From assembly GCF_963853765.1 (NCBI RefSeq), contig NC_088856.1, positions 6,758,001 to 6,822,000 of the forward strand: a stretch of 64,000 nt of DNA. The letters run 5' to 3'. How positions within the stretch are numbered: position 1 is the stretch's first letter; the number at the start of each line of letters is the position of its first letter. Both the position numbers and the translations under genes were made by a program. The notes below the pieces were generated by a model, which worked only from the letters and a program-made list of their open reading frames with translations, was not told the origin of the DNA and ran no database searches. Shown piece after piece: positions 9,329 to 21,300 of this stretch. The stretch comes from Magallana gigas (taxonomy: Eukaryota).

Positions 9329-12300
9329 TGGGTACGGAGGAGGTGATTCCCCTGCAGGGATCCCCCTGCCAGCTGGAGGTACAGAAGGACTTGGTGTACT
9401 ATGGTTTGAACTGTGGGGGACCCACTTATACCACCCTCAATGGTGTCACTTACACAAGCGAGCACAGACAGTTTGCCAGCTTCACCTACGATTTCAACTG
9501 TGGTAAGTGTTTTAATGTAACAAGAAAAAAGCTGTGTAGTACCAAAAGCTGTGTAGTACATGTACCAAAAGGGACCAACTTTGTCAGATATCGGTATCGT
9601 TGATTTCTGTTCTACCTGTAGTGTTACTTGTATTTTCAACTGCCTAACAATAACTGTACTAATGCCTCCCAAATACCTGTATTTATGCCTCTCACCTATC
9701 TTTTATTTATGCCTCCACTTACCTGAACTAATGCCTCCCAAATGCCTGTATTTATGCCTCCCACTTACCTGTATTTATGCCCCTCACCTACCTGTACTAA
9801 TGTATCCCACTTACCTATACTAATGCCTCCCACCTACCTGTATTTATGCCCCTCACCTACCTTTTATTTATGCCTCCCACTTACCTGTATTTATGCCTCT
9901 CACCTACCTTTACTAATGCCTCCCAAATGCCTGCTTCCCACCTACCTGAATTTATGCTTCCCACTTACCTGTACTAATGCTTCCCACCTACCTATACTAA
10001 TGCCTCCCACACCTACCTGTATTTATGCTTCCCACCTACCTGTATTTATGCCCCTCACCTACCTGTACTAATGTATCCCACTTACCTATACTAATGCCTC
10101 CCACCTACCTGTGCTAATGCCTCCCACACCTACCTGTATTTATGCCCCCACCTACCTGTACTAATGCATCCCACTTACCTATACTAATGCCTCCCACCTA
10201 CCTGTGCTAATGCCTCCCACACCTACCTGTATTTATGCCTTCAACTTACCTGTATTTATGCTTCCCACCTATCTGAACTAATGCCTCCAACTTACTTGTA
10301 TTTATGCCTCTCACTTACCTGTACCAATGCCTACCACCTACCTGTACTAATGTCTCCCACCTACCGGTATTTTTGCCTTCCACCTGTTCAAAAACTCACC
10401 ACACCATCAAATTAACAAATGAAAAGGCTGTAAGGAATTCTTTTTTTTAATTGTCATTGTGTAATTCCTTTTAGTTCAAGTCCTGCCTCGGAAAATTTTA
10501 ACATAGGCCTCAAAGGAAAACAAAAATGTAGATAGCACAGATGGACAAAGTTTGAGATCATGCATGAAAACTTCCATTTTAAAAATATTATCTTGACAGT
10601 TATATCTTATTATATATCTATCATTTTATGGCTCAAACGATGTAATAATTTGTGTCAGTACTAGGTGGCACATAGTCTGAAACCCACGGCCAGTCTTGTA
10701 TAGACATACTGACCATGGGCCAACTCTAAATATTCCTCTGTCTCATGAATATCAAACATCTCCAATCTGCCTTGATTAATTATAAAGCATAATACCTGTA
10801 GTTTTTGGAGCCATGAAAGCAGAGCTATGCTGTTGTTTATTAGTTCTGTATACAGTAGTTGACAAAACAATTCAGAATGATGTTTAATTGGATACTTACA
10901 ATGTGGGACAATTAATTACTGGATGATCAATATCTATTCTACAGGGTCCCGATGTTTGGCTTATGGAAAGAGTTATGGATTAGTGACCATTTATGAGCTA
11001 ATAAACAACACTCACAATGGATTTCTGTATGCCACGGTCAGAACAAAGTACACAGAACCCCTTGATGAGCAGAAAGTTATTTACACTGTAAGTTCATGAA
11101 CTTAGTTAGTGGTTAATGCTGAAAATATACCTCAGTCACCATCGCAATTCAGTAGTTTTAAATGTGCATGTAGTAAAGTCACTATGTTTAGTGAACATGA
11201 AGCAGACCTTTATGTTTTTTTATTTTCATAAGTTGATTATTGCAATTTTTAAGTTTAATAGCAAACAACACTTACAGACATATTTTCACCCATTATATTT
11301 TTTGCAATATACTGTTAACTGAACATGCAGAAAAATGCTGATTGCTGATGCTAATTATGGATACCGTATATTCGGTAATTTTCGCGATGATCTAATTTTT
11401 GCTTTATTTTGTGTGTGTGATCTCGTTTATGTCACAAATAATTGAATACGCAGAAATTATATCCTGTTAGTATCATTTTCCATAAAAAAAAATCTTTTTA
11501 CATCGCAAAAAATGACTGACGCAAATTAAAAAGAGATAATAGATTTTTCCCATTTTTGCAAATTTTGTGACTCACCAAAAAAAAGGATATATATGGTATT
11601 CAATAGCATAGTTATGTAGACATAAGCCTTATGACATTATCTATAGGTGAAGTCGCTACAGATTCCTGATGGACAGTATATACTACGCTTGCATTATGTC
11701 GGTAAAGGCTATAAAACACACAGCATTTCCTTTAACGGGCAATCCATTGCATCCCAGGTAAGAGTGGAATAGAGAATTTTAAAGTACTTCTGCATGTAAA
11801 ACAGATTTTAATTCAAAATATATTCCATAAACTTTATTTTTCTTTATGATATTGAAAAATAAATCAAAATTTAAGTGTGTATTCTTTTGGAGAACATATT
11901 TGTCATCAAATCTTTAAGGTGCTGAATATACTAAGCAGTTTTCAAATATCTATAGGTCCCCAGAACTTAGCTATAATTGTGTTTTACTATGTTGCATAGC
12001 TGTTACACAAAAAAAAACAGGTATTAACTGTTGGAGTTTTTTTTTGCTTGCTTGGAGAACAACAACATTTTGCTCTGTATTAATCATCTTCTTGAAACAA
12101 TGAGGTGTTGTTGCCTCTATGTTTGCTTTGATACCTATGATTTTGTTGTTACTACAGAATGCTTGGCCTGTTTTTAGAAAGAGGCCTATGATTTTGTTGT
12201 TGGCACAGGATGCTTGAATACAAAGTCCAATGATTTTGCATATTGTAGGTTGCTGCTGCCGGAGATAAAGTGATGGATATCGGGGAGCAGGGTCTGACAG

Positions 12301-15300
12301 CATTCCATGCAGACATACTGGTCACCATCAACAACAACCAGTTTGTGTTGAATTCCATGGCTCCCATTGCAGGCTTCGCTCTGTTAGACAAGGCCTTCAA
12401 AGACCCCCAAAAGTCTGAGGAGGAACTCAGGAACGAGAGAGAGGAGAAATCCAGATTATCAGACAAAATCGAGCCAGTAACAAGAGCCATGTTGAGGAAA
12501 GAAATGGAGATTGTGGGTTGGTCTCAAAACCTGTTAAAAAACTTCAGTGGTGAGGTAGGTGGAAGCTCAACCTGATATTAAGGTCGTCTCAAAGTTCAAA
12601 ATTTTAAAGTTCATTTATTTAGCAATGATGATCCTGCTAAGTGTCATATTGTGTTTACAGTATTAGAAACCTTGAGGTCCTGGAAAGAAGCAATGTTGAT
12701 AAATGTTCAAAATAGTTTATTTGTTGAAGTGAACAAATTGATTAAAACCCATTAGATTGAGATCCAGTATTGGCAGTAGCCATAAGAACACAATCAAACT
12801 TTTTGAAAAAGAATTAAAAAATGATAGTAAGTATATGTTAAAGTTATTTTTTTCCATATGATTATTTCTAGGAAGGCGACTTATCCCATTGGAATATAAG
12901 TGGTGACTGGGTGATCCATGAAGGCGGGTATAACACAGAGAAAGCCTTCAAGACGTCAAACATGTGGTGCACCAAATACCAGGAAGTGGACCTGACCCAG
13001 CACTTCTCAGAGCAGTACCTAGACACAGCACCGGACATACAGGTATGTATAACTCAGTGTACACAACAACTGGACACAGCACCGGACATAAAGGTGTGTA
13101 TAACTCAGTGTACACAACAACTGGACACAGCACCAGACATACAGGTGTGTATAACTCAGTGTACACAACAACTGGACACAGCACCGGACATACAGGTGTG
13201 TAAAACTCAGTGTACACAGCACCTGGACACAGCACCGGACATACAGGTGTGTATAACTCAGCGTAGACAGCACCGGACATACAGGTGTGTATAACCCAGT
13301 GTAGACAACACCTGGACACAGCACCAGACAAACAGGTGTGTATAACCCAGTGTACACAGCACCTGGACACAGCACCAGACAAACAGGTGTGTATAACCCA
13401 GTGTACACAACACCTGGAGAATGTACAGGTATGTACAGTCAATCTCTTGCATCCCTTAGACACAGCAATGGCTAAATGTAGATATGTATAGGTATGTATA
13501 CCTCAATGTACAATATCTCACGCCACCTAGACACAGCATCAGACATCATATAACAATACCTAAACATGTGTGGATACAATATCACACAACATCTGAGCAC
13601 AGCACTAAACATACAGGTGTGTAAAAACAAGTGTGTGTGTGTGTATATCTCAAAGCACCAGGGCACACTTTCTGACATACAGGTGTGTACCTAAAACAAG
13701 TGTACACAATATCCAACAACCCTTCACAGTGCGTTTTACACAGAGCCTTACATACAGGTGTTGTACAACTAAACACCTGATCCAGGTGTGAGTACAATAT
13801 CTTACAGCTCCTGGACACTGTATCATTCATGCATATGAACATAACTCTCATGAACTTAAATTTTATTTTCAGTTCTATCAAGTTTGAGATGACAGGGTTT
13901 CACTGTGTTTATCATAATGTGATATCATTGATACTGACTCAGTATTTCATTTAAGAAGGCTGATTTGGATTTTTTTGGCGTAAAAACTACAATAGCATAT
14001 TTATCGTAATGTCACTACAAAAGCATATTTATCATAATGTCATAGAAGCACAATTTGGCAACACACATCTATTGAACAGTGTTAAAAATTTCAGAATCAG
14101 AAAACCTTTCTTTATTGTGTTTGATATCCTAATTAGTATTGAAAAATTCCTTAAAAGGTATAAATTCACTGTATTTTACAAGATTGCACAAAAACATGTG
14201 CAATGAAAATAATTTAAAAGTGAAACACGTTAGAAGATGTAAAAAAATATTTTCTGTTGTAATCTAGGTGACAGAGTGGTACAGAGAAGGGGTGTGTGGA
14301 GGTGGGCACTACAAAATGGAGGCTCATCTGCTGGACGGCGAAGGCAATGTAAGTAATGTACTCTCTGTTTGTCTGTCTATCCATTCCTCTGTCAGCTGTC
14401 TATCTGTCCATCTGTCTAGCTGTCTAACCATCCCTCTTTCAGCTGTCTGTCTGACTCTGTCCATCTGTCTGGCTGTCTATCCATCCCTCTGTCAGCTGTC
14501 TGTTCTTGTCTTACTAATTTCGTCATCTATCTGGAATTCATTTATTTAATCCTTAAGAAAAATTACAATCAAATAAGTCAGTCTGCATTCAGTAGTTGAA
14601 CCCGGCAGTAATATAATGTTTGATTGCCTCTTTCATGTAGCCTATCAAGAGTCATGTGATGCCGGAGACGGGCCGCATCTACCGTAACAATAAGTGGGAG
14701 CAGAGTGGGACCGTGTTCTCAAACTACGGCCCGGGGGTCAGATACGTGTCCATCCAGAGCTCAGGTGAGAGTTAGTGCATACATGAACCATCACAGAAGA
14801 AAATGAGATTTATTAATAGAGTTGAGATCATTGTTGTGTGATCAATGGTTGAGATCATTGTTGTGTGATCAATGGTTGAGAATCTTTATTCTGTGATCAA
14901 TGGTTGAGATCATTGTTGTGTGATCAATGGTTGAGAATCTTTATTCTGTGATCAATGGTTGAGATCATTGTTGTGTGATCAATGGTTGAGAATCTTTATT
15001 CTGTGATCAATGGTTGAGATCATTGTTGTGTGATCAATGGTTGAGATCATTGTTGTGTGATCGGTGGTTGAGATCATCATTGTTGTGTGATCAATGGTTG
15101 AGATCATTGTTGTGTGATCAATGGTTGAGAATCTTTATTCTGTGATCAATGGTTGAGATCATTGTTGTGTGATCAATGGTTGAGATCATTGTTGTGTGAT
15201 CAGTGGTTGAGATCATCATTGTTGTGTGATCAATGGTTGAGATCATTGTTGTGTGATCAATGGTTGAGAATCTTTATTCTGTGTGTGAATCTATTACAAG

Positions 15301-18300
15301 TTTATCAATCAATTCATTTCACCAGTGTAACAGATATAAAATCAGAACTGACTATTTTAAGGAATGTTATCACTATATACTCTGAAGTGCTGATTTTTCA
15401 ATGATATATTCTGTTTTCTGTAGGGAAGGATGACAAGTATTGGGGCGGCCATTATGGAGTTATTATGTCAAACTCGGTCATCCGTGTCAAACGTGAAGTC
15501 CACTCAGCCGAGGGCGACAAATTTGAAGATATTGAAATGGTAACAAAGTTTTACCTGCAAAAACTTTCTGAAATTTTACTTGCAAAGAATACTATTCCAT
15601 TGTGTGGATTACTGAAATCTTAGAAAATTCCTTTTTTATAATATAAACTTTATTTTGGTAAAATAATGGTAAACATGTCATAATTTTTCAAAGTTGAATG
15701 TTATTATAAAATGTTGATTTTTTTGTGACCTCCACTTTTGGCTATACAGGACCTTGATGACAACTCTAAGCTGTCCAGCAAAGTGGATGGTCTGGTGGGG
15801 AAGGTGTTGACAGACAACAGCGAGCTACTTAAAAACTATCTACAGGATCTAGGTAAATAGGGGACACACTGTACAATTCAAAAGGATATGGGTATATAGG
15901 GGACACACTGTACAGTTCTACATGCAGGATATGGGTAATTAGGGGGACACACTTAACAATTTTGAAGGATATAATGCAAGTTAATGGGGGGCACACTGAA
16001 CAGTTCTACATGTCTACAGGATATGGGGAAATAGGGCGATACACTGTACAATTCTTCGGAATCTATGGAAATAGGGGACACACTTTACAATTTTACAGGA
16101 TCTGGGTAAAAAAGGGGGAGTCAGAACACACAGTACAATTTTATAGCATTTTGGTATAAGAGAAAATACACTTGCATCTCTCCTGGTTCTGGATAGAAAG
16201 GGCGAGTTAGAGCATACTGTACAGTAAAAAATCTCATATCTGAGAGACGCACAGTGAAACTTGTGTATTTTGACATCCATACCATCATCAGATTCAGCAA
16301 GTCACATGGTTTCATCATTAATCTTTACATAATTACATATATATCAATTTTCTTGGATGTTTTGGCTGGGTTTATCCAGGACATTAAATGTCCTCTTCTT
16401 GGTTAAACCTTAAGCCTTAAAAATCATGTGTCGTATAAAAGAATTCACAGAAGGTATTGGACACAATAGTAAGTATAAAGTGAATAAGTTTCCCTCAAAC
16501 AATCATTTTTTCATACATATATGCATTATTATCCAATTAAATCATTAGCTAGAATCCTCTTTTAAATTTAAGAAAAATGTTTTTGATAAGATTTAACCCT
16601 GTTGTACGCTGGGGTTATTTTTATCATTGGGTGAATGAACTAGCCATTTTGAACGTTGACATTTGACCTAATTGTAGTTGTCCCTGTACTTGATGAGAAG
16701 TTTGAGAAACAAGTCGAGATAAAACCAGAGGCACCGTCCGGACGAGTCAGCAAGCCGCGGGTCAAGCGGAAGAAGAGAGAGATCCGGGTGTTCGTATCCA
16801 GTACATTCAAGGACTTCTCCCAGGAACGCGAGGAGATCATCAAGAAGAGCTTCAGAGAGGTCTGTCTACTGTACCAATCTGATTAAAATCGGATCCTTTG
16901 ATCCGCTCACGAAGATCGCTACACTAGGATCTACACTAGTGTAGCAATCCTTGTGAGCGGATCAAAGGATCTGATTTTAATCAGATTGTGTACTTTACTA
17001 GATGCCTAATTAAATGCATAAAATATTTGCATTAAATAGCGAGAAACACACTTCATGGTTTTGAAAATCTTGCTTTCATTTTTCTGACAGATGTAAATTA
17101 AACAAAACTAATTTTAACTAAGCGTTTGTGATTTTATATTCTGGTGATTTGTACTCATATAAAATAATGAATCTACAGTAATTAGATAGGAATGGAAAAT
17201 GTCCATTTGGGTTAGATTCAATGAACCTGTGCATTGATGAATTTGATTTAGATAAATATATAAATGAATTTGTTTTGTAAAGCATTTTTTTTCTGGTAGA
17301 AGATTGTGCATAGATTCACAGTCTTATAGCAATGTTTTGTGTGTGTGTGTGTGGGGGGGGGGGTGCTTTCTTATAGTTGAGTTTTATTTTGTTACCTACC
17401 AAGACATTATTCTTGACATTGTAGATTAATAAACTGTGTGCAGAGAGGGGAATCTTCTTTACCTATGTGGACCTCAGATGGGGAATTTCAACAGAGCAAT
17501 CAGACAATGGGAAAACTATAGCTATTTGTTTGAAGGAGGTATGGATTCTTCTGTTGCATATAACACACACACTTTTTAGAGGTGTTTGATATGATTTAAT
17601 TTGATTTATTGATTAAAACTGCCTTAAAAAGCTTCTAATTATTTAAAAGTATGATGCATTAAATTGATATCTCACAGTTTGATCATGAGTAATTGAATTA
17701 TATATATCTCAAAAGTTAATTATAATCAATGGATTCATACATTGATATCTCTCAGAATGACAATGATTATTGAATTCTCACATTAATATATCATATTGTG
17801 AATTAATCATGATTTATTGATTAAACATTAATATCTCACAGATTGGTTATGAATAAATGAGTCATACATTTGTACCACACATTAATCAATGAATAATTAA
17901 TTTTTGCATCTGATATCTCACAAATTAATAAGTATTTTTTGATTCATTACTGATATCTGACAGATTGATATGATTTGTTGATTCATTCACTGATATCAGA
18001 TTGATACAAACTGTTGACTCATTCACAGATATCTGACAGATTGATAAGAACTGTTGATTCATTGCTGATATCTGACAGATTGATACGAACTGTTGATTCA
18101 TTGCTGATATCTGACAGATTGATACGAACTGTTGATTCATTGCTGATATCTGACAGATTGATACGAACTATTGATTCATGCACTAATATCTGACAGATTG
18201 ATACGAACTGTTGATTCATTCACTGATATCTGACAGATTGACCGTTGTCGTCCTTATTTCCTGTGTCTGATGGGAGAGAGGTTTGGCTGGTCACAGAAGG

Positions 18301-21300
18301 TTGGCACTGACGATAAATTGCTCTCAAAGACGTACGATTACGCCATCGAGAATGAGAAGTCCCTGAAATGGATAGAGAATCACAGATATGATACCAGTGT
18401 TACTCAGGTGTGTAATTATAACAGCGTTACTCAGGTGTGTAATGATACCAGTGTAACTCAGGTGTGTAATGATACCAGTGTTACTCAGGTGTGTAATGAA
18501 ACCAGTGTTACTCAGGTGTGTAATGATACCAGTGTTACTCAGGTGTGTAATGATACCAGTGTTACTCAGGTGTGTAATGATACCAGTGTTACTCAGGTGT
18601 GTAATGATACCAGTGTTACTCAGGTGTGTAGACCTGATTGTTTTAGAATATAAAAAAACTGTAAACGGACAACTAAAATCAAATTATAGATTTTAAATAT
18701 CTTGATTTACAATAACAAAATGTTTGAATATTGATAAGGTTATATAATTTACAAACGTGGAAAATTATGGAAATACAGTCAAACCTCGTTATCTCGAACT
18801 AGGTGGGACTGGTTAAAAACTTCGAGATATCCAAATATTTGAGATAGCAAGGGTAAAATACTAAAAGTTTAAGTGTTTGGGACTTAAAAATCACTTCGAC
18901 ATATCCATTGTATTCGAGATATCGGTGTTCGAGATACCAAAGTTCAACTGTATATCATTTTAAAATTATGTCAGAAATCAAACTTTGAATTGTTGCAATG
19001 AGTTCATTCTCGATTAATGGTCTTAGGGCCTTGATTACTTTAAGTTGGTAAAACTTAGCCAAGATCTGATGTGAAAATATTTCCGTCTCCTCTTGTTCAG
19101 CTGGAAGTCCTGCATGGGGTCCTTAATGACGTGGAGGCTAATCATGACAGAACCTTCTTCTACCTCAGGAACCCAGTGCAGATGGGCAGCATGGACGAGA
19201 AGGAACATAAGGTCACTGATAACACAGGGTTAATCACAGAATCTGTCGACTGTAATCTAACTTTTATTCACAATTACTTTTTTTCTAGATTTAACAAAAA
19301 TAAACTGGTTCATGGCGACTATATTTTCGTGAACAATATGAAGGTTATCTTAAAATGAAATACCAGAGGCACTGATGACTGGTTCGCAGCAATAAATATT
19401 CGCAACAAGGCTCTTTCAAACTTCGCTAAAATTTCTTACACGTACACTAATAAAAGTTGGTTTATAGTATTGCCTACTGACAAGAAGAATTGATGACTCT
19501 TTCTGATTGGATAATTATAAATCTTCCAAATTTAGAAATTCAAAGCTGAGTCTGAGTGGCATTTTGAGAAACAGAACATGTTACGACACATGATAGAGGA
19601 GCACGCCGGCAAGATCAACGTCAGGAAATTCTCCCTCCCGGCCGAGGTCTCCAATATGATCAAGGAGGTATGCTTCTTCAAATTACTTTTTACAATGTAA
19701 AAGACACAGGTGTATATTTTTATTATATATTAAGCATTGAAATGTATCTCTTATGCAATGCTAATGAATCATTAATTATATAATTCAGTATGGAAAAAAA
19801 GAACTTTTCATTATCAGAAGTTATTTACTGAAATTTTTTTTTTAATTTTTTAAACATTTCTGAAGATAGACTGAAATGATTGTCTTTATAATATATTTAT
19901 CAATTTTCTCCTCAGGATTTACAGGCATGCATAGAGCAGGATTTTCCTGTAGGATCAGAATTAACTCCCCTTGAGCGTGAGAGAGAGGCTCACCAGGCAT
20001 TTGCTGACGTTCGCTGCCAGGTGTACATCGGCAGGCAGGAGTACTTCACTCAGATTGATGAGAAACTGGAGGCAGGAATTGGGGAGCCTATGGTCCTACT
20101 GGGGGAGTCAGGTATGTTTATAATGTCACGTAAACTTATAATGGGGAAGTCAGGTATACATATAGTTATACTTTAATGGGGGGAGTCGCATATCCTTATA
20201 GATATGGAGTCAGATATATTGGGAAAATCACATACCCTTATAAAAGGGAAATTAGATATACTTGTAACAGGACAGGTACCTTAATACTTGTATAGTCAGG
20301 TACACTTTTGATGTGACAGTCTACATTTATACTTGGTAAGTCAGGTATACTTATGATGGATTGGGGGTCAGAGGGTTGGGGTAAGGTATATTTAAGGTAT
20401 ATTTATATTATGTTAATACTGGGGATATCAGGTATACTTATAATGAGATAGTTAGATAATCACTGGATAATTAGATACACTTACACCTAAAGAGTTCAAT
20501 TTACTGAGAATCAGGTACCCACTTACTAAGTTTCTTTTCCTGGTGTAAACATTTTTTTTCATTGAAGTATATTTTCAATTGGTTTTTCAATTCAAACTAT
20601 TTTTGTTTGTTTCCCCAAAAATTATTTTAATTCTTAGAGGATTTTAAGTACATGTCTTATACAGCTGTCTTGATTGATATAATGTAGGCTGTGGAAAATC
20701 GGCATTGGTAGCCAACTGGGCAGAGAGAACTCGGACTAAATACCCAGAGGCCTTCATGTTTGTCCACTTCATCGGAAGTTCTGCTGAAAGTGCTGGATAC
20801 TTGAAGCTGTTAAGAAGGTAAATGGTCCACCTCTTCCTTATAATTCTAATAATGCTTCATAACTTGGAGCAATCTTTGATTTAAGTAGGATGTGAATGTT
20901 ACATTTATTTTTATTCTTATACAATAGGGAATGAAATAAATGCAAATTTAAAAATTGGAAATTGTGATGATCCCAGCAGGTGTTGATATTTTAGTCCTGT
21001 TAGTTCCTCTATTTTCCAGATTGTATGAGGAGATGAAGGCTTTCTATGGACTGGATATGGAGGTTCCTACCTCTGAGATCGCATTGGTGAGAGACCTCAG
21101 CAAGTGGCTGAAGGCTTGCAGCAGGAAACAGAAACTGATCATTGTTCTGGATGCACTCAACCAGCTGGATGATGGCTCCAAGGAAGATGGTCAGTATCAG
21201 GGGTCATAGGTTAACGATCAAAGTACTGAAGATTTCTTATTTTACGCAAGTATTACACGGTTTTGAGTCGAATTAAGGGACTATAAAATTAAGAGCATCA

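Larger units (their letters stand above)
9329..12400 (+). other. Malectin-like domain of gene 2 (exons 1-4)
   Basis: Motifs YYGLNCGGPTYTTLNGVTY, INNTHNGFLYATVR, IPDGQYILRLHY, SISFNGQ and APIAGFALL occur in the same order as the malectin-family motifs NxGG..G..Y, NT.D..LYQT.R, G.Y.V.LHFAE, V..NG and ISAIEI. Confidence 0.6.
12872..15539 (+). other. F-box-associated (FBA, Fbs1/FBXO2-type sugar-binding) domain of gene 2
   Basis: FKTSNMWCTKYQEVDL, LDTAPDIQVTEWY, FSNYGPGVRYV and GKDDKYWGGHYG match the FBA consensus. No F-box motif is seen upstream. Confidence 0.85.
16678..19211 (+). other. DUF4062 domain of gene 2
   Basis: IRVFVSSTFKDFSQERE, VDLRWG, ICLKEIDRCRPYFLCLMGERFGW and SVTQLEVLHG. Confidence 0.85.

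Noticed and set aside
9560-18696. ORFs over minisatellites (9560-10071, 12948-13678, 15153-15404, 17925-18219, 18469-18696)
   Set aside because: Open frames result from repeat periodicity; only the junction-proximal parts are true exons.
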